Source: Lama guanicoe
Taxonomy: Eukaryota
Assembly: GCA_013239625.1 (NCBI GenBank)
Contig: MU053873.1
Span: forward strand, 136,524-198,523
Reading direction: 5' to 3'
Length of the DNA: 62,000 nucleotides
In this document: piece by piece, positions 48,501 through 58,000 of the stretch
Layout of the letters: every line of letters begins with the position of its first letter
Position numbering within the stretch: the stretch's first letter is position 1
Translations under genes and position numbers: made by a program
The notes under the pieces: model-generated
Database searches by the model: none
Told to the model about the DNA's origin: nothing
Seen by the model: only the letters and a program-made list of their open reading frames with translations

Positions 48501-51500
48501 TCTTGGCCTTTCCCTCAGAGGGACAGAGGAGGTAAAATGAACTTGTGGGTATTTTGGGGGCCCAGAAGTTGGAGGCCCCAAACTGCACTGTTAGTTTCCC
48601 TTCTGTGGTTTGAATCTGATGAGTCCTCTTCGTTTCTCCTCTTTACTTTTGGGGAAGCTTCCTCATTTACTCCCCAGAGTGCTAGGGCTTGTCTGGCCTG
48701 GAAACAGGTTCTGGTGGGGAGAAAGAAGGTAAGAGAGAGTTGGGTGGGCAGAGGGTACATGGGAGAGGAGAGATACGGCAGGCCAGGCCAGGAGACCAAG
48801 ACAGGCACCTGGAACAAAGCTGGCCTGGCCGAGGGACCATGGCTGCTGAGGGAGGGGCCCACACTTTCAGCCCTGACACATCCTAACCCTGTATTTGGCA
48901 TCCTGCCCTGGCCTTGCCCCCTGCTTTCTCTTTGAGCCTTTTCCCCTACCTGTCAAGTGGGGGAGGTGAGAGTCCATGTGCTGCAGTGGGAGACTGACCC
49001 CCTGGTGACCACAATCAGGTCACATCCCCTCTCCAGGGAAGTGCAGCTTCTAAGACAGGTCTGGTCTGGTGGGGCACAGGTGAGGGCAGTGGGTGGCAGG
49101 GTCACACCTGTCATCCCTGCCCTGCTTGGCCTCTCCACAGCCAGCAGGACCTATTCCGTGTGCTGAAGGCCTACACGCTGTACCGACCTGAGGAGGGCTA
49201 CTGCCAGGCCCAGGCGCCCATTGCCGCTGTCCTGCTCATGCACATGCCTGCGGAGGTACCACCAGGCCCTGGGCGGGTGGGCGAGTGGGCGGGTGAGCAG
49301 GGAGCACCCAGCAGCAAGGCCTCACGTCTCTTTTGCCAACAGCAAGCCTTCTGGTGCCTGGTGCAGATCTGTGAGAAGTACTTGCCCGGCTACTACAGTG
49401 AGAAACTGGTGAGTGCTGGCTGGGCCTGGGCCCTGGCCTGGAACCTGCCCCAGACTGGATGCACTTTGGGGCCTCTCTAGGCCTTACTCTCTGAGCCATT
49501 CCTGCCCCCTCTTAAATCCTTCCCAGCCTTCTGTTGCTTTCAGACTGAAGTCCCAAGGTCTGCCAGGTCAGGCCTCCTGGGCTCCAGCATCACTGGTTGC
49601 ACGCTTCCTCTATCTCTGCCTCCAGCTGTGCGGCTGTTGGGCAGGATCGTGGGTCCTCCAGTGCACCGAGTTTCTCCCTGACTCGGCCTCAACCTCTGCC
49701 CCTCTCCTTCCTCTGAGAACTCTTCTTTTCCCTCAGCTTTCATCCCTTGGGAGATTTTCTTGACCCTGACAGGTGGGACCTCACCTCACCTGAATGCTTA
49801 CCCAGCATTCCTGTTCCGGCCGTGTTCTGGGCACTCAGCCACCTCTTTGCTTCTGTGATTCATGTCCGTCTTCCCCTTTGCACCTCACACTCCAGGAGGG
49901 AGACCAGCTGTGTCTGGTTTGCTCATCCTTGTATCCTAGCACCCAGCATGAGGTTGGCACCTGCAGCATTCACCGACTGAGGGCTGGGGGGTGGGACATG
50001 GATCCTGCCCTGGCAGCTGTGGGCACATGGTCATTGCTCTGTGTCCTCACTGTCCCCACCAGGAAGCCATCCAGCTGGACGGGGAAATCCTCTTCTCGCT
50101 GCTGCAGAAAGTGTCACCTGTGGCCCACAAGCATCTCAGCCAGCAGAAGATCGACCCACTGCTCTACATGACAGAGTGGTTCATGTGTGCCTTTGCCCGC
50201 ACCTTGCCCTGGAGCTCCGTGCTGCGTGTCTGGGACATGTTCTTCTGTGAAGGTACTGGGCTGGGCTTGGGGGACCACCCTTGCCCCTAGTACAGACCAC
50301 AGAAGGCCTCTATTTCCTGAGAAACTCTCCAAAGACGCCCTTGCACTCACTGCTCACTCCCATATGCAGGAGTCAAGATCATCTTCCGGGTGGGCTTGGT
50401 GCTGCTGAAGCACGCGCTGGGCTCCCCCGAGAAGCTCAAAGCCTGCCAGGGCCAGTACGAGACCATCGAGCAGCTGCGGAGCCTCAGCCCCAAGATTATG
50501 CAGGAGGCCTTCTTGGTCCAGGAGGTGTGGCTCCCACTTCCCCTCATCACTGGGAGGTAGGGGGAGATGGGAGGGCCCTTTGGAGACTTGTGCTCAGCAG
50601 CCCAGGCCAGTATGGACAGACCTCATCCTTCTGTCTGAACAAGAAGAGGGGGCACAGAGAGGCCTAGGTTTCCAGGAACAAGTAGGTGCAACCCGTCACC
50701 TCCTCTTCCTCCCCAGCCCCGCAACCATGGCCTTGGGTTTATTTTCCTTTTTTTCTTTCCTTTGTGGATTTTTGTCTCTCTGGGACTGTAATGAGGTGAC
50801 ACATAATTAGGCAAATGGATTCGTAAATTGTGGGCAGCTTTCTCCTCTGAGGCAGTGGCTCTCACATGCCTGGCTCACCTGGCACTCAGCTCTGGAACTT
50901 GTGACCACCACAGGGTCCAGACCCCTCATCCTTCTGTGTCAGCCTTTAGCGACCAGGGTGGGGGAGCTGAGGGAGAGCAGGGGCCCAGGCTGGAGGCAGA
51001 AGGGATAGATTCTTCCTGGTGCCCACCTGCCTGTCACCGTCCCCACAGGTGGTAGAGTTGCCAGTGACGGAGCGCCAGATTGAGCGCGAGCACCTCATCC
51101 AGCTGCGGCGCTGGCAGGAGACCCGGGGTGAGCTGCAGTGCAACTCTCCGCCCAGGCTGCACGGTGCCAAGGCCATCCTGGAGGCAGAGCCGTGCCCCTG
51201 GCCCACCCTGCAACCTTCACCGTCCATCCGCTTGCCCCCAGATGCCCCTCTGCCTGGCTCCAAAGGCAAGGTCAAGCCACCCAAGCAGATCCAGAAGGCG
51301 CAGAAGGAGCAGCAGAAGCAGGCAAAGGCACGTGGGCAGCTGGATGAGCCCCCAACCCTGAGTCAAGCCAAGGCGGTGGCCGCTGCGGGAGATGCACGTC
51401 CCCCACAGGATATGCCCCCAAAGGACCCTGACCACCAGGACTCAGCTCCCCAAGACTCAGCCCCCCAGGACTTAGCCCACCACCGCTCCCGGGAGAGCCT

Positions 51501-51534
51501 GACATCCCAGGAGAGTGAGGACACCTACTTGTAA
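21185..51534 (+). CDS. TBC1D10A: TBC1 domain family member 10A (EPI64), Rab GAP; 9 exons, 511 aa
   Basis: Exons 21185-21393, 40843-40942, 44842-44949, 48360-48466, 49141-49255, 49343-49408, 50063-50252, 50370-50524, 51049-51534 sum to 1536 nt. Contains the TBC motifs [19 protein letters not shown] (Arg finger) and GYCQ (Gln finger), and the C-terminal PDZ ligand DTYL typical of EPI64. Confidence 0.97.
23175..23410 (+). mobile_element. MIR relic
   Basis: 'gctttgtgaccttgggcaag...tctctgagcc...gattaaatgagatcatgt...cctagcatagtgcc'. Confidence 0.7.
24075..24260 (-). mobile_element. MIR relic
   Basis: 'acagatgaggaaactgagacccagagagg...aacttgcttaagatcacatagct...gaacccagg...ctgactcc'. Confidence 0.75.
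31006..31035. repeat. Compound (GT)n(GA)n microsatellite inside a MIR
   Basis: gtgtgtgtgtgtgagagagagagagagaga. Confidence 0.85.
35210..35465. mobile_element. AT-rich hAT-Charlie-like DNA transposon relic
   Basis: 'gaaatcaattt...gtgaccagcattaaaaaa...gaaatagaatagaa...tttcttactgtgggtc' resembles Charlie-family relics; assigned from memory. Confidence 0.45.
36550..37874 (-). mobile_element. 5'-truncated L1 (ORF2 C-terminal region plus 3'UTR), frameshifted
   Basis: Minus-strand ORFs at 37482-37760 ([27 protein letters not shown]), 37228-37542 and 36907-37164 ([32 protein letters not shown]) are classic L1 ORF2 segments. Confidence 0.93.
38433..38617. mobile_element. Tigger-like (TcMar) non-autonomous element with terminal inverted repeats
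   Basis: ACTGTATTTCCT (38433-38444) and AGGAAATATGGT (38606-38617) are 10/12 reverse-complementary; subterminal 'gtcttagaatc' is typical of Tigger ends. Confidence 0.6.
40843..40942 (+). CDS. TBC1D10A: TBC1D10A exon 2
   Basis: cacag|G CTG GAG...AAA AAG|gtgag; [20 protein letters not shown]. Confidence 0.94.
44842..44949 (+). CDS. TBC1D10A: TBC1D10A exon 3
   Basis: tccag|ATC CGT...TTT GAC|gtgag; [21 protein letters not shown]. Confidence 0.95.
47415..47556 (-). mobile_element. Old L1M 3'-end fragment
   Basis: T tract followed by 'agtaaaatgca...taagcatgcagttcagtgagtttggacaaat...caagatatagaacatt'. Confidence 0.65.
48360..48466 (+). CDS. TBC1D10A: TBC1D10A exon 4
   Basis: tctag|GAG CTG...CAC GG|gtgag; [16 protein letters not shown]. 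Confidence 0.95.
49141..49255 (+). CDS. TBC1D10A: TBC1D10A exon 5
   Basis: cacag|C CAG CAG...GCG GAG|gtacc; [14 protein letters not shown]. Confidence 0.94.
49343..49408 (+). CDS. TBC1D10A: TBC1D10A exon 6
   Basis: aacag|CAA GCC...AAA CTG|gtgag; [22 protein letters not shown]. Confidence 0.94.
50063..50252 (+). CDS. TBC1D10A: TBC1D10A exon 7
   Basis: accag|GAA GCC...GAA G|gtact; YMTEWFMC...[10 protein letters not shown]. Confidence 0.95.
50370..50524 (+). CDS. TBC1D10A: TBC1D10A exon 8
   Basis: tgcag|GA GTC...CAG GAG|gtgtg; [13 protein letters not shown]. Confidence 0.95.
51049..51534 (+). CDS. TBC1D10A: TBC1D10A exon 9 coding part
   Basis: cacag|GTG GTA...TAC TTG TAA; ends SQESEDTYL*. 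Confidence 0.95.
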   Translation: MVELPVTERQIEREHLIQLRRWQETRGELQCNSPPRLHGAKAILEAEPCPWPTLQPSPSIRLPPDAPLPGSKGKVKPPKQIQKAQKEQQKQAKARGQLDEPPTLSQAKAVAAAGDARPPQDMPPKDPDHQDSAPQDSAPQDLAHHRSRESLTSQESEDTYL

Positions 51535-51886
51535 CCCTGGCAGCCCAGGCTCCTGGGCTGGGGTCTCCACATACCTGCACGGTTCACAGACTGACACTTC
51601 AGGGCCTTCCCACCCACTGAGGGCCCAGCTGCCTGGCCCCTGCATGGCAGAGAGTCTGGCTGGCCCAGCACAGATTCTGCCTAAGGCTCCTTATTTATTT
51701 TCTCCAGAATGGAGCTTGGGCCGGCCCAGATGGGGCAGGCAGAAGTGAGGGCCAATGGGTGGGGCCTCACTCAGCCCCCTCCTCCTGGGGGATGCTCCCC
51801 AGGATGAGGGCACTGACGTGAGGGGAGAGGGAGGGGTAAAGGGTGGGGTGCTCTTTGTATAAAATAGAAACATGGTTTTGTACAGA

Positions 51887-51892
51887 AATAAA
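51887..51892 (+). terminator. Polyadenylation signal of TBC1D10A
   Basis: AATAAA about 350 nt after the stop, with upstream TGTA motifs and a GT-rich downstream stretch (ttgtgtag...ttgtgtg). Confidence 0.8.
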
Positions 51893-53979
51893 CAGGCTTG
51901 TGTAGAGAGCTTGTGTGCATCTGGGGACTGGGAAGGTGGTGTCACCCCTTGTGCTCAGCTTCTCTTCTCCACACTCTACAGAGCACCCCCATCCTGGCCC
52001 CTAGCCCAGACCAGAGCCTCTTGTACACCATCTGTCATGGATGAGGGTCACTACTGCTGGGGTAGAGCAGGGCCTGCTCCCCAGGCCTTATTCCCATCCA
52101 TCACTGAAGGGGAGGGGCTTCTTAAGGAGGTCCTTTCAGGGTCTTCCTCCTCTAAGGCCTGGCCTGGATGCCACTTTGGACCCCAGTAAGGTACTGAGTG
52201 CTCATTCTGGGTTGGGTACTGGTGCCAAGGGTGTGGGACCATGAATGCCCTCACATGATCAGCCCAGGCCTCCGTTAGAGCCAGGTGGGTGCAGGGCAAA
52301 GCCTGGGTCTCTGACAAAAGGCTGCCTGCCATTTACCGAGTGCTTAGTATGTGCCAGACTGGGCTGGTTGTGTCATTTGTCTGGTCAGATAGACTTTCTT
52401 ATTATCCCCATTTTACATATGAGGAAACAGAGGAGCTGAGTGGCAAAGATGAAGCTGATCCAGATTTGTACCCAGAGCCCTTTGCTACATCTCCTGACTG
52501 AGGTGACCTGATTGCCACTGAGGGCCCAGGCAGGCACTGTGGTCACAACCTGATGACTGGTGGGGGTGAGGACAGGGTGTCCCTGGGAGAGGCCCCCCTT
52601 CTGCTGAGGAAGCAGCTTTTCCAGTCAAACAATAGCGGTTGTTCCTGGCAGGCCAGCAGGCTGGGCTGGGCCGGGCCATTGGGGAGGGGGTAGGGAGGAA
52701 TAGAGCCTCCCTGGGAGCTTTTTGGCATTGCAGGGCCTTGGTCTACCTAGAACTTCTTGTCCGGGTACAGCTGGGGATGCTTAGGCTGAGGAGGTCATAG
52801 GTCACATGAACCTGTTAGGGCAAGCCACCAACTTCCCACCTCCTGCCCCTCACCCCGTGGTTTCCTACCCCATCCGCACCTGCCATCAACGAGCTGAGAG
52901 GATCAGCCTTCGAGGACAGTCCCCTCCCCCTGGCCCTCCAGAGGAATGGCCAGGATGTGGTGGCTGCAGTTTCCCTGGAACACAACAAGTCAGAGAGTCC
53001 GGGGAGGGAAGGTGCTGTCCTGCATCCACTCGCCCACAGCGGACGCTCCCAAGCAGGCAGGAGGCCTGCTCAGGCCTGCTGGGTCGCAATCAGGCCTGAG
53101 GCCTGCTTTAACCTGTGTGGTTCAAGGTCACAGATCTGAGGCCTAAAGATGCTCAGGCTCCACAAGGGAGCATGCTCTGTCCTACAGTGCAGCCAGCCTA
53201 GGTGTGCTGATGCCTGCTCAGCCTTGGGGTCTTTGTGGACCTGAAGAGGCCTGAGCAGAGCCCAGCCCTAATGTTGAAATCAGCCCAAGTTGGCACTAAC
53301 AAGCCTCAGATCTGGGGTGTCTGCCAGTGCTGGGGGCCTCTTTAGGCATGAAGCAAGTTTAGACGTGCTCAGGACACCTTAGTTCTGCTAATGGCTGTGG
53401 GCTTAAGACTGCTAAGATCTGACTATCCAGTGGGTCCCAGTTGCATGGCCAGGTCCCCCAAAGTTTGAGCTTTGGACATTCCTGGCCCAAGCACTTAGTC
53501 TTAAGGCACCTTGAGTGGTAGGCCTGGCCACCTTCAGCCCCCTACCAAGCAGTATGTTATTTGGAGGTGGCTATGGTCCTCCATATCTCTGACTCTGGTG
53601 GGGGGCCTTCTACTCTGAAAGTCTGGTGAGAGGAACAGAGGTGGGGGCCACTAAGTCCAGGCTAGGTTTCACCTTGTCAGCCCACTTGCAGGGCTCACAG
53701 AGATGGAGGGGTATGTGTCAATTCTAATCCTGCGCGGCCTTGCTGGGGGCTTTTGTCACCGCCGCCCCAGCCAGCTCTGGTGGCCCTGCCCCATGCTGAG
53801 CCATAAGAGGAAGGAGGGGAAAGGTGCCAGGACACTTAGTTGGGAGAGAACCACTGGGTCGCCTGGGCGGCATAGTGGACCCCTACCACTCCAGGTTCCA
53901 GGGATTTGGGGGCAGTGTTCTGCTCACAGCTGAGCCCCTGAGACAGCCCGCCTAACCTCAGTGAATTTAATCATAAGGC

Positions 53980-55070
53980 CTATATGCGGCCGAAGGGCAG
54001 AAAGGACCCCAAGTCTCCGCTTGCTCCTGACCGCAGCGCCGCTGGCATCCCTCGGAAAGGGCGGAGCCCGGAGAAGGGGCGCGACATGGGCGGGGCTTGG
54101 AGGACTCGACGGGGTGGGGTCAGCGGGTGAACACTGAAGGGGCGGAACTGGCAGGGGCGGAGTTTGGCGGGCTGGACCTAGCGGAGTGAGGCTCCGGCGC
54201 TAGAAGGAGGCGTGGCCATCCTGGATAGGCCGCCCAGCTCGCAGGGCGTGGCCGTCAGAGTGCGGGCGTAGCTGGCAGCATGGACTCCGCCGCGCCGCGG
54301 CTCCTTTAAACCTTCAGCACCGCCCCCACCGACCCGCCCCCGGCGCGGCCCGGGTCTGGTTGGCCGCGGGGTCGGGTCCGCGCGGGCCGCTATGGAGCTG
54401 CACATCCTAGAGCACCGGGTGCGGGTGCTGAGCCTCGCCCGCCCAGGTCTCTGGCTCTACACCCACCCGCTCATCAAGCTGCTCTTCCTGCCCCGCCGAA
54501 GCCGGTGCGAGCCCGGGTTCGAGGGCACAGATTGGGGTGGGCTCCGCTGTCGCTCCGGGACAAGGTTGGGAGATTAGGACCGCCGCGGGACCAGCGAGAC
54601 CAGGCGGGGAGAGCTCTCCCTGCCCACCCCCACCCCCGGCCGCCATCCGGCCCGGGCCTACCCTCCCTGGGACCGCCGCCTATCCGGCCCGGCGAGGCCC
54701 CCTCCCAGGGCCAATTAAGGCGCAAACAGCCTGGGGTGGTCAATGCTTAACTCCCAGTGGTGTCAAATGGGGGCATTCCTTCCTGGCGACTGCGGGGAGC
54801 TTTTTCCAGATGCCTCTCATCGGGTTAGAGGGGCTAGTCTAAGGGCCCAAGGCCCGACGCCCCGGGACTGTTGCCGCGGCTGAGCCTCCCCTCTCTCCTG
54901 GAATAGAGGGTTGGGGGGCTGCTGAGGAGTTCGGGGAGGCGGGAAACAGTTCGCATTTCCGGAGATGGGGCCCATACCCCACTGTCCTGGGGCGAAAATT
55001 GTGGCTTGAGGGGGCAGGGAGGCGCCCGATGCGTGTCTACCCGCCTCCTCCGCCCCATGCAGGCTAAAGA
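53980..55070 (+). promoter_or_regulatory. CpG-island promoter of CASTOR1
   Basis: CpG-dense; GC boxes GGGCGG at 54059, 54088, 54140 and 54155; TATA-like TTTAAA at 54305-54310, about 85 nt before the ATG. Confidence 0.85.
54392..54504 (+). CDS. CASTOR1: CASTOR1 exon 1 coding part
   Basis: gctATGG; ...AGC CG|gtgcg. Confidence 0.95.
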
Positions 55071-58000
55071 TGCCCCCTGCCCCCCAACCAGGTGCAAGTT
55101 CTTCAGCCTAACGGAGACTCCTGAGGATTACACGCTCATGGTGGACGAGGAGGGCTTCAGAGGTGGGGCTGGGCTGGGGAGGGGGAGTAGGGGAAGGAGG
55201 CCGCTGCCCACTCTTTGCGGGATTCTCACCAATTGCTAGGCTGCAAGGTTCCAAGAACTGGAGGCTTGAAGGTGGGTGGATCTGGGTTCCAATCCATTTC
55301 CACTACTTACTGGCTGTGTGCCCTTGAGCAAGTCACTTCCCCTCTCTGAGCTGTTTCCTCTTATGTTAAATGGATATATTATGGTTCTGATCTACAAGGG
55401 TCCCATGAGGGCTTTATAAACGGGGCAGTGTAGAAAGGCATTTAGCAGCCTCAGGGCAGCAGCAGGGCCTCAGTTGCAGTTCTGGGGCAAGATTCGGGTT
55501 CCTGTGGCCATTCCTCCCCCTCACTCCCCTCCCGGCATTATTTCCCACAGGACTTCTCTCCCTGGTGTGGGTCACCCCGTCCACCACTGATCTGGGAACT
55601 CCAGGAGTTTGAGGGTTGGGGAAGGAATGCAGGAGCAGGCAGCCAGCCCAGGGCAGGGTCCTGGGGGCCTCCTAGCTGTGCTTGGGAGATTAGCAACTAC
55701 TCTGGCTGTGGCCCCTGCTCTGGACTGGACGCCAGCCTGATCCCTCCCTGATCCCTGGAGCAGACACCTGGCCCTTACTGCCGCCTTCTTGACCCATCCT
55801 GACAGGCCTGGAGTCTCAGGCCAGCCAACTGGGGCTTGGTCCATCCCCCACAACAGCACTTTGGGCCTTAGTTTCTCTATTTGTGCTGCAGAAAAGTCTA
55901 GGTTGCCTAAGGGGGAAGGACATCCCCCAGTCAACCTGGTCTCCTGGCGCCCCCTGGTGGTGCAGCGTGGTATAAGGCCTCTGTTAACCCACAGAATACT
56001 GTCTTGAAGTACATTCAGTCATCCCATTTTACAGATGAGGAAACAGTCTGAGAGAAGTTAAAATCATTTGCCCCAGGTCAACAGAAAGTAAATGGTGAAG
56101 CCCGGATTTGAGCCCAGGTCTGTCTGAATTTGGAGATCCTATCTTAAGTGGGAAGTTTCAATTCCTGACAGGCCAACACCCGAAGCACTTCTCAGTCCTT
56201 GCATACATGCAGATCTCAGGAGCAGAACCTGGGGGAGGAAGACAGCTCCAGGCTTCAGACCTGACCTTACCTTGGTAGAGCCCTCCAAGTCACAGACAGG
56301 GAAACTGAGGGCAGGGGCCAGCCCTGGAGGCCCTGACCAGGCATGTGCCCCCTGCCCCACAGAGCTGCCCCCATCTGAGTTCCTGCAAGTGGCTGAGGGT
56401 ACGTGGCTGGTGCTGAATGTGTCATCCCACAGCGGTGCAGCAGTGCAGGCTGCTGGGGTCACCAAGATTGCCCGCTCAGTTATCGCACCACTAGCCGAGC
56501 ACCACGTGTCTGTGCTGATGCTGTCCACTTACCAGACAGACTTCATCCTGGTGAGTTTCCCACAGGTGCTGGTGCAGGGCAGGTGGACATGGGTGCCTGG
56601 GGACCTGTGCGTTGTACCACCTCCTGTGTCCCAGGTGCGGGAGCAGGACCTGTCCGTGGTGATCCACACGCTGGCCCAGGAATTCGATATTTACCGAGAG
56701 GTGGGCGGGGAGCCTGTGCCTGTTGCCAGGGATGATTCCAGCAATGGCTTTCCCCGTGCCCAGCATGGTGAGGGCCACACTCTGACACCCAGGCCTGGGC
56801 GGGGCTCTTCTTCCCACTTGGGCCCTTCCCTTGTGCAGGTGGGTCTGTGGGCTTGGGGAGACCAGCTGACACAGACCCCTTCACAAGATGGGGAGATGGG
56901 GCCAGGAAAACTGAGGCAGATTCCTGTAGAGCATGACCATACACCCAGCCTAGACCCCCCCTTCTCTGGCTGGCCACCAGGGGGCGCCCCAGCCCACAGT
57001 TGCCCTTTCACCTGCCATGGCCTGGTCCCTCCTGAGCAGGGCCCAGCCCCACGGTGCATCCCATCCAGAGCCCACAGAACCGCTTCTGTGTCCTCACGCT
57101 GGACCCTGAGACGCTCCCAGCCATCGCCACCACCCTTATCGACGTCCTCTTCTATTCACACAGGTGGGCCTTGTTTTCACCTGTCTCTGTCCTCACAGCA
57201 TCATACCCTGAGCTCTGTCCCACCACCTTCCACCCATCCCTTGGTTCTGCAACTCTGCCCTGTTCTGTTTCTGGGGCTCCTGACAGCCTGTGATACCTGT
57301 GCCCTTCACTGAGGTTCAGGCAAGGTCTGAGGCTGCAACTGGAGCGCTTCCCTGTGGTGTGGGCAGAGCCACCCGCTAGCTGTGCCCGACTCAGGCCCTC
57401 CGGCCCTGGAGTCCTGTGTCTTTGGCCCAAGCAAGGTTTATCATCCTCCCCTATCCCCACCCATGCCATCAGGAGGTCAGAGCTCTCGGACAGGGGAGGA
57501 AAGTGGCCCAGGGACTGGAGAGCCTGCCCAAGGCCACCTGTACCAGCCCCTTCCCAGATGTCTAGAGGCCAACTGGCAGGAGATGGAGTGGGCAGAGTGC
57601 CTGAGCCTCCTGTCCCTCCCCAGTGCCCCAAAGGAGGCAGCCTCTGGCGGTCCTGGATCCAGCTCCATCACCTTCTTTGCCTTCTCCCTCATTGAGGGCT
57701 ACATCTCTATTGTCATGGACGCTGAGACGCAGAAAAAGTATGTGACCCCTGACCCCAGGTGGGCCAGAGACCCTAAGCCAGCCCCAGGGAGGGAGGAGGT
57801 AGAGCGTCAAACTCTGAGGTCTCTAGGCTGACCTGCCCTGGGTGCCCTGCCCACCGCCCCCCTGCCTCCCCAGGTTTCCCAGTGACCTGCTGCTGACCAG
57901 CTCGTCCGGGGAGCTGTGGAGGATGGTGCGCATTGGCGGACAGCCCCTGGGCTTTGGTGAGGGCCGCACCTTGTGTGTCAGGGGCTTGGGAAGGGCCTGG

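Noticed and set aside
50670..50678. Isolated STAT-type TTCCAGGAA sites (also 10311-10319)
   Set aside because: Single 9-mers without clustering are expected by chance in 62 kb
56272..57312. 346-aa ORF as an independent gene
   Set aside because: It is CASTOR1 exons 3-4 plus read-through of GC-rich introns and goes out of frame in exon 5
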